NCBI GenBank assembly: GCA_963739995.1
Contig: CAVUCH010000001.1
Coordinates: forward strand, 688-64,687
From: Vicinamibacteria bacterium
GTDB taxonomy: Bacteria > Acidobacteriota > Vicinamibacteria > Vicinamibacterales > JAENWD01
Length of the DNA: 64,000 nt
Reading direction: 5' to 3'
Numbering within the stretch: the stretch's first letter is position 1; each line of letters begins with the position of its first letter. Shown here in pieces: positions 41,276 to 50,344 of this stretch. The notes under the pieces are model-generated. The model worked only from the letters and a program-made list of their open reading frames with translations, had not been told where the DNA came from and ran no database searches. Position numbers and translations under genes: made by a program.

Positions 41276-42406
41276 ATGCCGATGACATTGACAGTGTCAA
41301 CCCCTCAAAGGCTACTCACGGTGCGCACACGAACGACCAATTGGATCGCTGTCCTTGCTGCCGCGCTGATGAGCCTCGGCGGATGGGTTGCGGATGCAGA
41401 CGCGGGGTCACGCACACGGACGAAGGCTGCCTCGGCCCGGAAAAGTACCGCGCAGAAGGCGCGTCCGAAGGTGTCGAAGGGGCGAAAGCAAGCTTCCCGC
41501 ACCCGCATTGCCAGCGTCCGGCGCTCACGGCTCGCCCGCGCACGGGCCAGGCACACCCAATGGCTCGAGGCGCAGAAGCCACGGTACAAGACCGACGCTT
41601 CCGGAGCGCTCGTTCCCGATGTGCGCGCCGCCGCCGCGATCATCTACAACCCGGAAACCGGCCAGGTGCTCTGGGAAGCCAACTCCCTGGACAAGCGCTC
41701 GATCGCGAGCATCACCAAGGTGATGACGGCCGCGGTCGTGCTCGAGGACGATCCGGATCTCAGTCAATTGGTGGCCATCGATCGCGCGGACACATACGCG
41801 GCCAACCACACCTATCTGCGCCCCAGGGATCGCGTCAGCGTTGGTGATCTGTTGCACCTCACGCTGATTGCCTCCGACAATGCCGCCGCCCGAGCGCTTG
41901 CCCGATCGTACCCCGAAGGGTCCGCCTCCTTCATCGCCCGCATGAACGCCAAGGCGGAGGAGATGGGTCTCGACAGCACCACGTATCGAGATCCGTCCGG
42001 GCTCGACGCCTCGAACATGTCCTCGGCGTTCGACATGGCACGCCTGATCGCCTTCGCTGCGGCCGATGAGCGGATTGCCTCGATCATGCGAACGCCGTAC
42101 TACACCGTCCGGACGGAGCGCCGTGTCATCAGCATCCACAGCACGAACCAGTTGGTGATGAAGGGGGACGTGGATGTGCGCGGCGGCAAAACCGGCTTCA
42201 TCTCGAAGGCGGGCTACTGCCTGGCTACGCTGCTGCGGCTGCCGCAAACGAATCAGCAGGTCGCGGTGGTCGTGCTCGGGGCTTCATCCAATGCCGGGCG
42301 ATTCATGGAAACCCGCCATTTGTTCAACTGGTTGAGCAGCAAGGCGCCGGATCTCCTCGCTCCCGCGGCGCCGGCCGCAGCCGTGCTCACTGCCGCGCAA
42401 CCGTAG
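41276..42406 (+). CDS. D-alanyl-D-alanine carboxypeptidase/endopeptidase (peptidase S11, PBP5/PbpG-like)
   Basis: It has the SxxK (SITK), SxN (SDN) and KTG motifs in order, preceded by a basic Lys/Arg-rich linker. The start is ambiguous. ATG 41276 and ATG 41282 are possible, or GTG 41321, which yields an ideal signal peptide VRTRTTNWIAVLAAALMSLGGWVADA. The upstream 298 codons of the 674-aa ORF are rejected. Confidence 0.88.
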   Translation: MPMTLTVSTPQRLLTVRTRTTNWIAVLAAALMSLGGWVADADAGSRTRTKAASARKSTAQKARPKVSKGRKQASRTRIASVRRSRLARARARHTQWLEAQKPRYKTDASGALVPDVRAAAAIIYNPETGQVLWEANSLDKRSIASITKVMTAAVVLEDDPDLSQLVAIDRADTYAANHTYLRPRDRVSVGDLLHLTLIASDNAAARALARSYPEGSASFIARMNAKAEEMGLDSTTYRDPSGLDASNMSSAFDMARLIAFAAADERIASIMRTPYYTVRTERRVISIHSTNQLVMKGDVDVRGGKTGFISKAGYCLATLLRLPQTNQQVAVVVLGASSNAGRFMETRHLFNWLSSKAPDLLAPAAPAAAVLTAAQP

Positions 42407-42459
42407 ACCGCGCGGAAAAGGCCGCGGGTCCACCGCCGGCGCTCAGACACTCCGGGCGC

Positions 42460-43320
42460 CTACCCGTCATACCCCCGCTGGATGGCCGCCGCGTCGAGCG
42501 GCAGCGTGGCGATGGTATCGACCGCCGGCATCACCGGACGCCCTGTGCCCCGCGCGTCGTACGCCTTCAGATATTTCCGGCACTCGTTGCACCCGTACAC
42601 CCGATACCGGCCGTCCCGGCTGGCGAACGACGTGATGCCGCCCGGCGCATTGCTGCCGCAGAACGGGCATGCCGTGGTGAACGGCCACTGGGCGGTGCAG
42701 CGTCCGCAGATCAGCCAGCGATCCCCACCCGACGGCAGCACGGCAAACTCCGGCTCGCCCCCGCATAAGAGGCACCAGGGTCGGTTCCACTCGGCCCTAT
42801 CCAGTCGGGTCATCCAGACGTCGGCGCAGCGCGCAAGAAACGGGCGCAGCGCCACCGCGAGTACCTGGTCGAGCATGGCCGGTTGGCTCGCGTCCGCGGG
42901 GATTACCGCGTCAGGGCGTGGTGTGCGGTTGTAGTAGTCCGTCGTAACCGCCTGCAGCCGGTCCCCGTCGCGCGCGAGCAGCTGGATGGCGGCGTGATCG
43001 GCGGTATCCAGCACCTCGTAGCGGCGCAGCACGTCGCCGGTCTGCCGGAAGACGAGCCGGAAATCGGACCAGTCCAGCTGCACGTCCGGGAAGTCCACGA
43101 GGCGCTCGCCGCTGCGCATCCGCTGCCTGACGAACGCCTCGTCGCGCTGGACGAATGGCGTGCTCATGCGGGCCTGCATGCGACGCTGCAGCTCGACCAG
43201 CTCGATCTGCATCGCGATCGCGCCCGCCAGCTCCGGGTGCTGCGTCTTGAGGGCCCGCAGTTCCAGAATTTCGCGCGGTTCGACGCGGCCGGGGCGCGGG
43301 GAACGAGGCTCGTGCGGCAC
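42460..43320 (-). CDS. FdhE-like protein (four CxxC-type pairs)
   Basis: ..WCLLCGGEPEFAVL..WLICGRCTAQWPFTTACPFCGSN..YRVYGCNECRKYLKAYD.. is the FdhE-family cysteine pattern. The start is uncertain. I chose GTG 43320. The ORF-track ATG 43497 would run over the putative trxA promoter. Confidence 0.75.
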   Translation of the reverse strand: MPHEPRSPRPGRVEPREILELRALKTQHPELAGAIAMQIELVELQRRMQARMSTPFVQRDEAFVRQRMRSGERLVDFPDVQLDWSDFRLVFRQTGDVLRRYEVLDTADHAAIQLLARDGDRLQAVTTDYYNRTPRPDAVIPADASQPAMLDQVLAVALRPFLARCADVWMTRLDRAEWNRPWCLLCGGEPEFAVLPSGGDRWLICGRCTAQWPFTTACPFCGSNAPGGITSFASRDGRYRVYGCNECRKYLKAYDARGTGRPVMPAVDTIATLPLDAAAIQRGYDG

Positions 43321-43422
43321 ACGGCGATTCTGTCCCGGCCCGTGGCACAGCGCAAGGGTTGCGTCGCACCCTGGCAGGCGCGATCGGCGTCTCAGCCTAG
43401 AGGAAAGTGGCTCCTCCCCATC

Positions 43423-43431
43423 TGATACACT
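43423..43431 (+). promoter_or_regulatory. Extended -10-like element (TGaTACACT) upstream of trxA
   Basis: CATCTGATACACTCG, about 100 nt upstream of the trxA ATG, which has its own GGAGA SD. Confidence 0.3.
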
Positions 43432-43532
43432 CGTGGTTTTGGCGGGCACGGATCGCCCGCGGCGGGGCACCCGCAGAAGGTCGTGTGGCCGCCCCAACAG
43501 GCGCGTTACTGCCGGAGCACGGAGACGAATTC

Positions 43533-43865
43533 ATGGCGTCAGACAAGGTTCAGGTGATCACCGATAGCAATTTCGGTGACACGGTGTTGCAGGCCAGCCA
43601 ACCGGTCCTCGTCGATTTCTGGGCGGAGTGGTGCATGCCGTGCCGCCGGATCGCGCCGACGGTGGATGCGCTTGCCGCAGATCTCGATGGCAGGGCGGTC
43701 GTCGGGAAGATGAATGTTGACGAGAACCCGCGGACGCCGATGCAGTATTCGGTGCGCGGGATCCCGACTCTGCTCGTGTTCAAGGCCGGCCAGGTGGTCG
43801 ATCAGGTCGTCGGAGTGGTGACGCGAGAACAGCTCGCCTCCATCATGGAGAAGCATTTGTCATGA
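43533..43865 (+). CDS. trxA: Thioredoxin (active site WCMPC)
   Basis: [57 protein letters not shown].. Confidence 0.93.
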   Translation: MASDKVQVITDSNFGDTVLQASQPVLVDFWAEWCMPCRRIAPTVDALAADLDGRAVVGKMNVDENPRTPMQYSVRGIPTLLVFKAGQVVDQVVGVVTREQLASIMEKHLS

Positions 43866-44821
43866 GCACCCCTCGGCAGGTCCTCATCATCGGCTCGGGT
43901 CCGGCAGGCCTCACCGCGGCCATTTACGCGGCGCGCGCGAACCTCACGCCGCTGGTGATCGAGGGGTACGAGGCCGGCGGACAGCTGATGCTCACCTCGA
44001 GCGTCGAGAACTGGCCGGGGTATCGCGATGGGATCATGGGACCGGCGCTGATGGAGGAGCTGCGGGCGCAGGCGGTTCGTTTCGGAGCCGAGATCGTGCA
44101 GGGCCAGGTGTCCGCGGTCGACCTTGGCCGACGGCCGTTCGCGGTCCGTACCGACGAAGCGGAATACACGGCCGACGCGCTGATCGTCGCGACCGGTGCG
44201 TCGGCGCGATGGCTCGGACTCCCCTCGGAGAAGGCGCTCGTCGGGCGTGGTGTATCGAGCTGCGCCACGTGCGATGGGGCGTTCTTCAGAGACCAGCCGA
44301 TTGCCGTCGTAGGTGGTGGCGACACGGCTCTCGAAGAGGCCCTGTTCCTGACGCGGTTTGCCTCAGAGGTGACGCTCGTGCATCGCCGCGACAAGCTGCG
44401 TGCGTCGAAGATCATGCAGGACAAGGCGCGCGCAAACCCCAAGATCCGGTTTGTGTGGAACTCCGTCGTCGAGGAGATCGCCGACGTCGAGAAGGGCGAG
44501 GTGACCGGCGTCACGCTTCGCAGCCTCACGACGGGCGAACGGGCGGAGCTGCCGGTTCAGGGCGTCTTCGTGGCGATTGGCCACACACCGAACACGGCAT
44601 TGTTCGCCAACCAGCTCGAGATGAACCCGAGCGGCTACATTCTCACGCACTCGGGAACGCGCACCAGCGTGCCAGGGGTGTTCGCGGCGGGAGACGTGCA
44701 GGACCACGTGTACCGCCAGGCCATCACCGCGGCTGGCAGCGGCTGCATGGCGGCAATGGACGCCGAGAAGTATCTCGAAGGGGTTCCGCAGCACATCGGC
44801 GAGGCGGCTGCGACCGCCTGA
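43862..44821 (+). CDS. trxB: Thioredoxin-disulfide reductase
   Basis: The ATG overlaps the trxA stop. Motifs: ..[47 protein letters not shown].. Confidence 0.96.
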   Translation: MSTPRQVLIIGSGPAGLTAAIYAARANLTPLVIEGYEAGGQLMLTSSVENWPGYRDGIMGPALMEELRAQAVRFGAEIVQGQVSAVDLGRRPFAVRTDEAEYTADALIVATGASARWLGLPSEKALVGRGVSSCATCDGAFFRDQPIAVVGGGDTALEEALFLTRFASEVTLVHRRDKLRASKIMQDKARANPKIRFVWNSVVEEIADVEKGEVTGVTLRSLTTGERAELPVQGVFVAIGHTPNTALFANQLEMNPSGYILTHSGTRTSVPGVFAAGDVQDHVYRQAITAAGSGCMAAMDAEKYLEGVPQHIGEAAATA

Positions 44822-44848
44822 TTCCGGCCGGAACGCGAATCGTCAACG

Positions 44849-44874
44849 GCGAACCACGACGTCACGTGGTTCGC
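44849..44874. terminator. 10-bp hairpin at the convergent trxB/mnmA junction
   Basis: GCGAACCACG-ACGTCA-CGTGGTTCGC. The mnmA stop codon sits in the loop. There is no clear U-tract. Confidence 0.35.
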
Positions 44875-45965
44875 TCGATCCAGCCTCCCCCCATCACCTC
44901 GTCATCCACATAGAACACGACGGCCTGGCCCGGCGTGACCGCGCGCTGCGGCTCGGCAAATTCCACGTGCGCACGTCCACCAGGCAGGGTTTGCACCCTG
45001 GCGCGCGCCGCCGTGTGGCGGTGACGGATCTGGACGGAGGCGTCGAGGGGGCTTCCCGGCGGAGCACCGGCGACCCAGTTGACACCGGCGGCCGTGAGGC
45101 GCGTCTCTTCGAGCGCCTCGCGGGGGCCAACCACGACGGTGCGGTCGGACGGATCGAGCGCGAGGACATACAGCGGCTCCGACGCGGAGAGCTTCAGGCC
45201 CTTGCGTTGTCCGACGGTGTAGCGATGGATGCCCGCGTGGCGGCCGAGCACGCGTCCGGCTCGGTCGGTGATCGCGCCGCCCACGGCGGCCTCCGGCGCG
45301 TGCCGCGCAACGAAGCTGGCGTAGTCGCCATCGGGCACGAAGCAGATTTCCTGGCTGTCCGGCTTCTCCGCCACCGCCAAGCCGAGCCCGCGTGCGTGTG
45401 CGCGCACCTCGGGCTTGGTCAGTGCGCCGACCGGGAAACGGGCACGCGAGAGCTGCGCCTGGTCGAGAGAGAACAGGAAATACGATTGGTCCTTCGACGC
45501 ATCGAGGCCACGCCTGAGGCGATAGCGTCCGGTCGTCTCGTCGTGTTCGACGCGTGCGTAGTGCCCCGTGGCCACGTGGTCGGCGCCGAGACCGCGCGCC
45601 CGCTCGAGCAGCGTCGCAAACTTCAGGTCGCTGTTGCAATGCGCGCAGGGCAGGGGCGTGCGCCCTCCGGCGTACTCGCGGACGAAGTTCGAGATGACCT
45701 GAGCCTCGAACTGCCGCTCGAAGTTCATGATGTAGTGGGGGATGCCGATGGCCGCCGCGACGCGACGGGCGTCGGCGAGATCATCCAGGGTGCAGCAGCT
45801 GCCAAACCCCTCGCCCGGCGCCCCTTCGCGCTGATCGTACAGCTGCATCGACACGCCAATCGTCTCGACGCGGCTGAGCGCCACGAGCGCGGCGGCGACC
45901 GAGGAGTCCACGCCGCCGGACATGGCGACGACGACGCGCGCTGGGCCTCTCGGAGGAGTGGTCAT
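44862..45965 (-). CDS. mnmA: tRNA-specific 2-thiouridylase MnmA
   Basis: ..[17 protein letters not shown].. (PP-loop), ..[17 protein letters not shown].. The start ATG 45965 overlaps the nifS stop. The 670-aa ORF in the track is a run-on over nifS in another frame. Confidence 0.94.
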   Translation of the reverse strand: MTTPPRGPARVVVAMSGGVDSSVAAALVALSRVETIGVSMQLYDQREGAPGEGFGSCCTLDDLADARRVAAAIGIPHYIMNFERQFEAQVISNFVREYAGGRTPLPCAHCNSDLKFATLLERARGLGADHVATGHYARVEHDETTGRYRLRRGLDASKDQSYFLFSLDQAQLSRARFPVGALTKPEVRAHARGLGLAVAEKPDSQEICFVPDGDYASFVARHAPEAAVGGAITDRAGRVLGRHAGIHRYTVGQRKGLKLSASEPLYVLALDPSDRTVVVGPREALEETRLTAAGVNWVAGAPPGSPLDASVQIRHRHTAARARVQTLPGGRAHVEFAEPQRAVTPGQAVVFYVDDEVMGGGWIERTT

Positions 45966-47125
45966 GCGCCAACGGCCGCACGGGTGAGCGCCCGGAGCTT
46001 CTGCACGAGACCGGGGAGCACGCTCACCACGCGATCGATCTCCGCCTCCGTATTGGCCGCGCCAAGGCTGAAGCGCAATGAGCTCTGCGCGCGCGCGGCA
46101 CCGAGCCCCATCGCCTTCAGGACGTGGGAGGGCTCGAGCGTGCCCGACGAGCAGGCCGACCCGGTGGAGACCGCGATGCCTTCTAAATCGAGCGCGATGA
46201 GCAGCGACTCGGCCTCGACACGCTCGAAGCTGATGTTCGTCGTGTTGGGCACGCGCTCGCCAGACCCGCCGTTGACCTCCGTGTGCGGTACGCCACGGAT
46301 GATGCCCCCTTCGAGGCGATCGCGCAGGGCGCCCATCCGCCGCTGATACTCGTCGAGCGCGTCCATCGCCAGCCGCGCGGCTACGCCCATGCCCACGAGC
46401 GCAGGAACATTTTCCGTGCCGGCGCGGCGATTGCGCTCCTGCCGGCCGCCCGTCATCTGCTGCGTGAGCCGCACGCCGCGGCGAACCCACAGCGCGCCGA
46501 CGCCCTTGGGCCCGTAGAACTTGTGCGCGGAGACCGACAGGAGATCGACGCCGAGCGCCCGGGCCGACACGGGAATCTTTCCGGCCGACTGCACCGCGTC
46601 GGTGTGCATGAGGGCGCCACGCTCGTGCGCGAGCGCCGCGATCGAGGCGACCGGCTGCACGGTGCCGACTTCGTTGTTCGCGTGCATCACCGAGACGAGC
46701 GCCGTGGTGTCGGACACCGCCTCCCGGACGGCCTCGGGTGACACCACGCCGCTGCTCTCGACGGGAACGACTGTCAGCGTCCACCCTCGCCGGGCCAGCG
46801 CGCGCGAGGTCTGCAGAACGGCTTCGTGCTCGATCCCGCTGACCACGATCCCCCGGCGCCCCGTCGGCTCGCACGCCTCGGCGGCCCCGCGGATTGCCAG
46901 GTTGATCGCCTCGGTGCCGCCGGCCGTAAAGATCACCTCCGGGGGCTCGCCCCCGATGAGTGCCCCGACCGATGCCCGGGCCTGGTCGATGGCACCCTTC
47001 GCCTGTTGACCGAAGCTGTGCACGCTCGAGCCATTCCCCACCAGGTCGCGCATCGCCCGCATCACCGCCTCGATGACGGCATCGGCGGGGGGCGTGGTGG
47101 CATTGTGATCGAGATAGATCCGCAT
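45962..47125 (-). CDS. Cysteine desulfurase (NifS/IscS class)
   Basis: [12 protein letters not shown].., ..[10 protein letters not shown].. (PLP lysine), ..SSGSACSSG.. (active-site Cys). Confidence 0.94.
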   Translation of the reverse strand: MRIYLDHNATTPPADAVIEAVMRAMRDLVGNGSSVHSFGQQAKGAIDQARASVGALIGGEPPEVIFTAGGTEAINLAIRGAAEACEPTGRRGIVVSGIEHEAVLQTSRALARRGWTLTVVPVESSGVVSPEAVREAVSDTTALVSVMHANNEVGTVQPVASIAALAHERGALMHTDAVQSAGKIPVSARALGVDLLSVSAHKFYGPKGVGALWVRRGVRLTQQMTGGRQERNRRAGTENVPALVGMGVAARLAMDALDEYQRRMGALRDRLEGGIIRGVPHTEVNGGSGERVPNTTNISFERVEAESLLIALDLEGIAVSTGSACSSGTLEPSHVLKAMGLGAARAQSSLRFSLGAANTEAEIDRVVSVLPGLVQKLRALTRAAVGA

Positions 47126-47135
47126 CGATTCCAGA

Positions 47136-47144
47136 AGTGTAGCA
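47136..47144 (-). promoter_or_regulatory. Extended -10 element (TGcTACACT) 10 nt upstream of the nifS ATG
   Basis: The minus strand reads GATGCTACACTTCTGGAATCGATG. Confidence 0.35.
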
Positions 47145-47173
47145 TCGCCCCTAACTGACGGCGCGAAAACGGG

Positions 47174-47203
47174 TAGACAACCTTTTCGCCCCTCCCATAT
47201 ACT
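47174..47203 (+). promoter_or_regulatory. Sigma-70-type promoter TAGACA-18-TATACT upstream of the bactofilin gene
   Basis: GGGTAGACAACCTTTTCGCCCCTCCCATATACTGACGG. The downstream gene has a GGAGG SD. Confidence 0.45.
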
Positions 47204-47287
47204 GACGGGGCTTGGTTCCCCTGCAGCGATCACATATTCCGGGGCGGTGCGTTCGAACAGAACACACGAATAGCGGAGGTTTCAACG

Positions 47288-47839
47288 ATGTGGAAACGGG
47301 ATGAGGCGGTGAAGCCGTCCGGGCCGGCGGCAGGGGTTCCAGCTCCGGCCGCGCCTGTGGCGCCACCGGCGGCGGCGCCGGTCGCGACCCAGCGCTCTGA
47401 CGAGCCGCGCACCACGTTACGCGACGTGGTCAACATCGGCAAGTCGGTGGTCATCAAGGGTGAGCTGAACGGCAGCGAGGATCTCACGGTCGAGGGATAT
47501 GTCGAGGGCCGCGTCGAGCTGCGCGATCACGTGCTGACGGTGGGCCCGAACGGACGCATCAAGGCGGAGGTGTTTGCCAAGGCCGTCATCGTGCTCGGCG
47601 AGGTCACCGGGAATGTGACCGCCAACGAGAAGGTGGACATCCGAGACAAGGGGTCCGTGGACGGCGACATCATCTCGCCGCGCGTGGCGATCGCCGAGGG
47701 CGCGCACTTCCGCGGCAGCGTCGACATGCAGCGGGCCGGCGGCGTCAAACCGGTCCGGACCGAGACGAAGCCTGGGGATGCGAGGCCCGATACCAAGACA
47801 ACACCAGCGCCCCAGCCAGCAATGAAAATGGGCGTCTAG
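47288..47839 (+). CDS. Bactofilin (polymer-forming cytoskeletal protein)
   Basis: The beta-helical DUF583 repeat pattern: ..IGKSVVIKGELNGSEDLTVEGYVEGRVELRDHVLTVGPNGRIKAEVFAKAVIVLGEVTGNVTANEKVDIRDKGSVDGDIISPRVAIAEGAHFRGSVDM.. Both termini are Pro/Ala-rich. Confidence 0.9.
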   Translation: MWKRDEAVKPSGPAAGVPAPAAPVAPPAAAPVATQRSDEPRTTLRDVVNIGKSVVIKGELNGSEDLTVEGYVEGRVELRDHVLTVGPNGRIKAEVFAKAVIVLGEVTGNVTANEKVDIRDKGSVDGDIISPRVAIAEGAHFRGSVDMQRAGGVKPVRTETKPGDARPDTKTTPAPQPAMKMGV

Positions 47840-47909
47840 GACGAGACCGCAACCGCACGGACGGCGGGGCCGCCGCCGTCCGCACTCCAGCCACACATGA
47901 GGAGTCGAG

Positions 47910-48623
47910 TTGGCCGACGAGTCCGTCCGCGGTCTCACCGGGTTCCTGTCGCGCCTGGGAAGTCGTCGCGCGCCTGAGCCGGCCGACTCGCCGATGATCG
48001 AGTCCGCGCCGCCCCCCAGGGAGGCCGCCACCCAACCCACGAAGGCACTCCGCAAATTCCTGCGCACATTCGAGGCCCAGGATGCTCCGGTGCTGCTCGA
48101 TCTCGGCCCGGTCATCGGGCCCAATCTGACCTTCTTCGGCGAGACGCTCGGCTGCAAAGTGTTCATCGAAGATCTCTACGCGGACATCGAGCAGCACGTA
48201 CGCGCGGGGACCACGGCCGACCTGCCAGCATTTCTCGGCGAGCGGTTGACGCAGCCGGCCGGCAGCATCGACGGGATTCTCGCCTGGGACCTGATGGACT
48301 ATCTCGAGCCGCCGGCCGCGCAGGTGCTGGCCGCCCAACTGTCGCGCATCATGAAGGTGAACGGGGCGCTGCTTGGCTTCTTCAGCACGGCGCTCCAACC
48401 CGCCGATCTCCACTACACGAAGTTCGTCATCAATGACGATCAGACCCTCCGCCACCGAACGTACCCCGCCTCGCGGGGCCGCCAGCGTGTGCTCCAGAAC
48501 CGCGACATCCTCCGGCTGTTCGACACGCTCCGCGTGTCGGACTCGTTTCTCCTGCAGACGAACGTGCGCGAGATCCTCTTCCGCAAGCCTGCGTACCTGA
48601 CGCCCTCATCGATCGAGATTTAG
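47910..48623 (+). CDS. Hypothetical Rossmann/methyltransferase-fold protein (degenerate SAM motif I)
   Basis: The TTG start is preceded by GAGGAG. It reads ..VLLDLGPVIGPNLTFFGETLGCKVFIEDL..GILAWDLMDYL..NGALLGFF.. and resembles class I methyltransferases, but the GxGxG motif is replaced by GPVIG. Confidence 0.55.
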   Translation: MADESVRGLTGFLSRLGSRRAPEPADSPMIESAPPPREAATQPTKALRKFLRTFEAQDAPVLLDLGPVIGPNLTFFGETLGCKVFIEDLYADIEQHVRAGTTADLPAFLGERLTQPAGSIDGILAWDLMDYLEPPAAQVLAAQLSRIMKVNGALLGFFSTALQPADLHYTKFVINDDQTLRHRTYPASRGRQRVLQNRDILRLFDTLRVSDSFLLQTNVREILFRKPAYLTPSSIEI

Positions 48624-49072
48624 TGCCGTTGTTCGGCTGAAGGAGTAGCGCCTTGGGGCGGCGCATCCCGGCTGGGGGCGTTGCTCCTCGTTCAAACACT
48701 CCCGGGATTTTCCAGGGTCCGTCTTGCCAGGCGGGTGCGGGGCTTCGAGATTCACGACAGCTTTCAACCGAGGTACGCCACTGGTGGCCGACATGGTCCG
48801 GCACTCACCAGCAGAGCCGTGTGGTACCATCGGCCGATAGCCGTCGTCCGTTGTCATGGCTTCATCAGCGATGATGCGACGACATTCAGGCTGCCGACCG
48901 CAGGCTGCAGGGCCGATCTGGCCCTCAGACCCCGACGGCCAGGGTCCGCTGCCGTCACCGGCGATGCCGCCATCCCCGGGGGCCGCTGGTCTCGCCAGCC
49001 CCGACGGCCCTGCAGTCTGTCGTCTACGCCTGCAGCCGAATGTCACATCTGAGATTAATGTAGGGCACTACC

Positions 49073-50290
49073 ATGATTAGTCTGGACTTGTCTGACGAAC
49101 AGCTCCTGCTCGAGGCGTCGGTGCGGCAGTGGGCGGCCCGGGAGGTTGCGCCGCACATCAGGGAGTGCGACCGCCAGCACCGGTTCGACCCGCGGGTGTT
49201 GCCGCAGATGGCGGACCTCGGTCTGCTTGGCGTCTGCGTCCCGGCCGAGTACGGCGGGGCCGGGATGGATTACATCGCGCTGGGCCTGGCGAGTGAAGAG
49301 CTCGAATACGTAGACACTTCGCTCCGCGTGATCCTCTCCGTGCACGTGGGGCTCAACTCGCTGACCCTGCTGGCGTGGGGCACGGACGATCAGAAGCAGC
49401 GCTACCTCGTGCCACAGGCGCAGGGCAAGAAGATCGCCACCTTCGGCCTCACCGAGCCGGCAGCGGGCTCCGACGTGCGCGGCATCCAGACCGTCGCCAT
49501 CCAGCAGGGTGATCGGTACCGTCTCACCGGCGAGAAGATGTGGATCTCGCTCGCCGACGTCGCCGACAACTTCCTCGTCTTCGCGTGGACGGACCTCGAA
49601 AAGAAGAAGGTGCGCGACACCTCCGGTATCAGCGCTTTCATCGTGGAGCGCAGCATGCCGGGGTTCTCGAGCGCCACCCTCAAGGAAAAGTGGGGCATCC
49701 TCGCCGGGAACACCGGTTCGTTCAAGATGGACGACGTCGAGGTGCCGGCCGCGAACATGGTGGGACGACCGGACGAGGGCTTCAAAATCGCGATGTTCGC
49801 CCTCGATCAGGGCCGCTACACCGTCGCCGCCGGGGCCACGGGTCTCATCCGCGCGTGCCGCGACGCGAGCTCGAAGTACGCCCGCGAGCGCAAGACGTTC
49901 GGTTCGGAGATCGGGGAGCATCAGCTCGTGAAGGAAATGATCGCGCAGATGGAGTCCGACTACCAGGCCGCGCGCCTGCTCTGGCTGCGATCCGGGTGGT
50001 TGAAGAACGAAGGGCGCCGCAACACCCGCGAGACCGGGCTTGCGAAGTGGTTTGCCACCGTCGCCTCGGAGCGTGCGGCGAGCGACGCCGTGCAGGTGCA
50101 CGGAGCCAACGGCTACTCCGATGAATACCCCGTAGGCCGCTTCTATCGGAACTGCAAAGGCGCGGTCATCTACGAGGGCACCCGCGAGATTCACAAGGTG
50201 ATGCAAGCCGACTACGTGCTCGGGTATCGCACCGACCGCCCGACGCGCTGCGATTTGCCGCCGGTGCAGGCGGCGCTCGCCTCCCGTTGA
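49073..50290 (+). CDS. Acyl-CoA dehydrogenase family protein
   Basis: ..LTEPAAGSDVRGIQT..GEKMWISLADVAD..RKTFGSEIGEHQLV..QVHGANGYSDEYPVGRFYRN.. Substrate not assignable. Confidence 0.92.
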   Translation: MISLDLSDEQLLLEASVRQWAAREVAPHIRECDRQHRFDPRVLPQMADLGLLGVCVPAEYGGAGMDYIALGLASEELEYVDTSLRVILSVHVGLNSLTLLAWGTDDQKQRYLVPQAQGKKIATFGLTEPAAGSDVRGIQTVAIQQGDRYRLTGEKMWISLADVADNFLVFAWTDLEKKKVRDTSGISAFIVERSMPGFSSATLKEKWGILAGNTGSFKMDDVEVPAANMVGRPDEGFKIAMFALDQGRYTVAAGATGLIRACRDASSKYARERKTFGSEIGEHQLVKEMIAQMESDYQAARLLWLRSGWLKNEGRRNTRETGLAKWFATVASERAASDAVQVHGANGYSDEYPVGRFYRNCKGAVIYEGTREIHKVMQADYVLGYRTDRPTRCDLPPVQAALASR

Positions 50291-50344
50291 TCGACGGCCC
50301 CGCGGACCGGGTGCGGCCGCGGGCGTGCCCGGGATGGATGGCTG

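Noticed and set aside
41288-41300. The palindrome TTGACAGTGTCAA near the S11 peptidase start, considered as an operator.
   Set aside because: The arms are only 5 bp. It is more simply explained as a TTGACA -35 hexamer (it is used in the leaderless-promoter hypothesis), and there is no partner regulator gene nearby.
42409-42433. A hairpin GACCGCGCGG-AAAAG-GCCGCGGGTC between the peptidase gene and the FdhE-like gene, considered as a terminator.
   Set aside because: The stem is imperfect (needs a bulge, only about 7 bp) and lacks a U-tract. It is too weak to call among many GC-rich pseudo-palindromes.
44862-46874. A 670-aa ORF that looks like one large protein.
   Set aside because: Only the C-terminal 367 aa (MnmA) are real. 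The upstream part runs out of frame across the nifS coding region and is Arg-rich junk. A clean ATG at 45965 overlaps the nifS stop.
48624-49072. I tested the gap for tmRNA, RNase P RNA, SRP RNA, and cobalamin, TPP and fluoride riboswitches.
   Set aside because: The only match found on either strand was one partial resemblance: GGGGCTTCGAGATTCACGAC versus the tmRNA 5' end. Missing hallmarks include GGAAAGUCCGGGC (RNase P), GGUUCGA..CCACCA at a 3' end (tmRNA), GGAAGGAAGCAGCC (SRP) and the B12-box context around the lone GCCACTGG. No specific RNA family is claimed.
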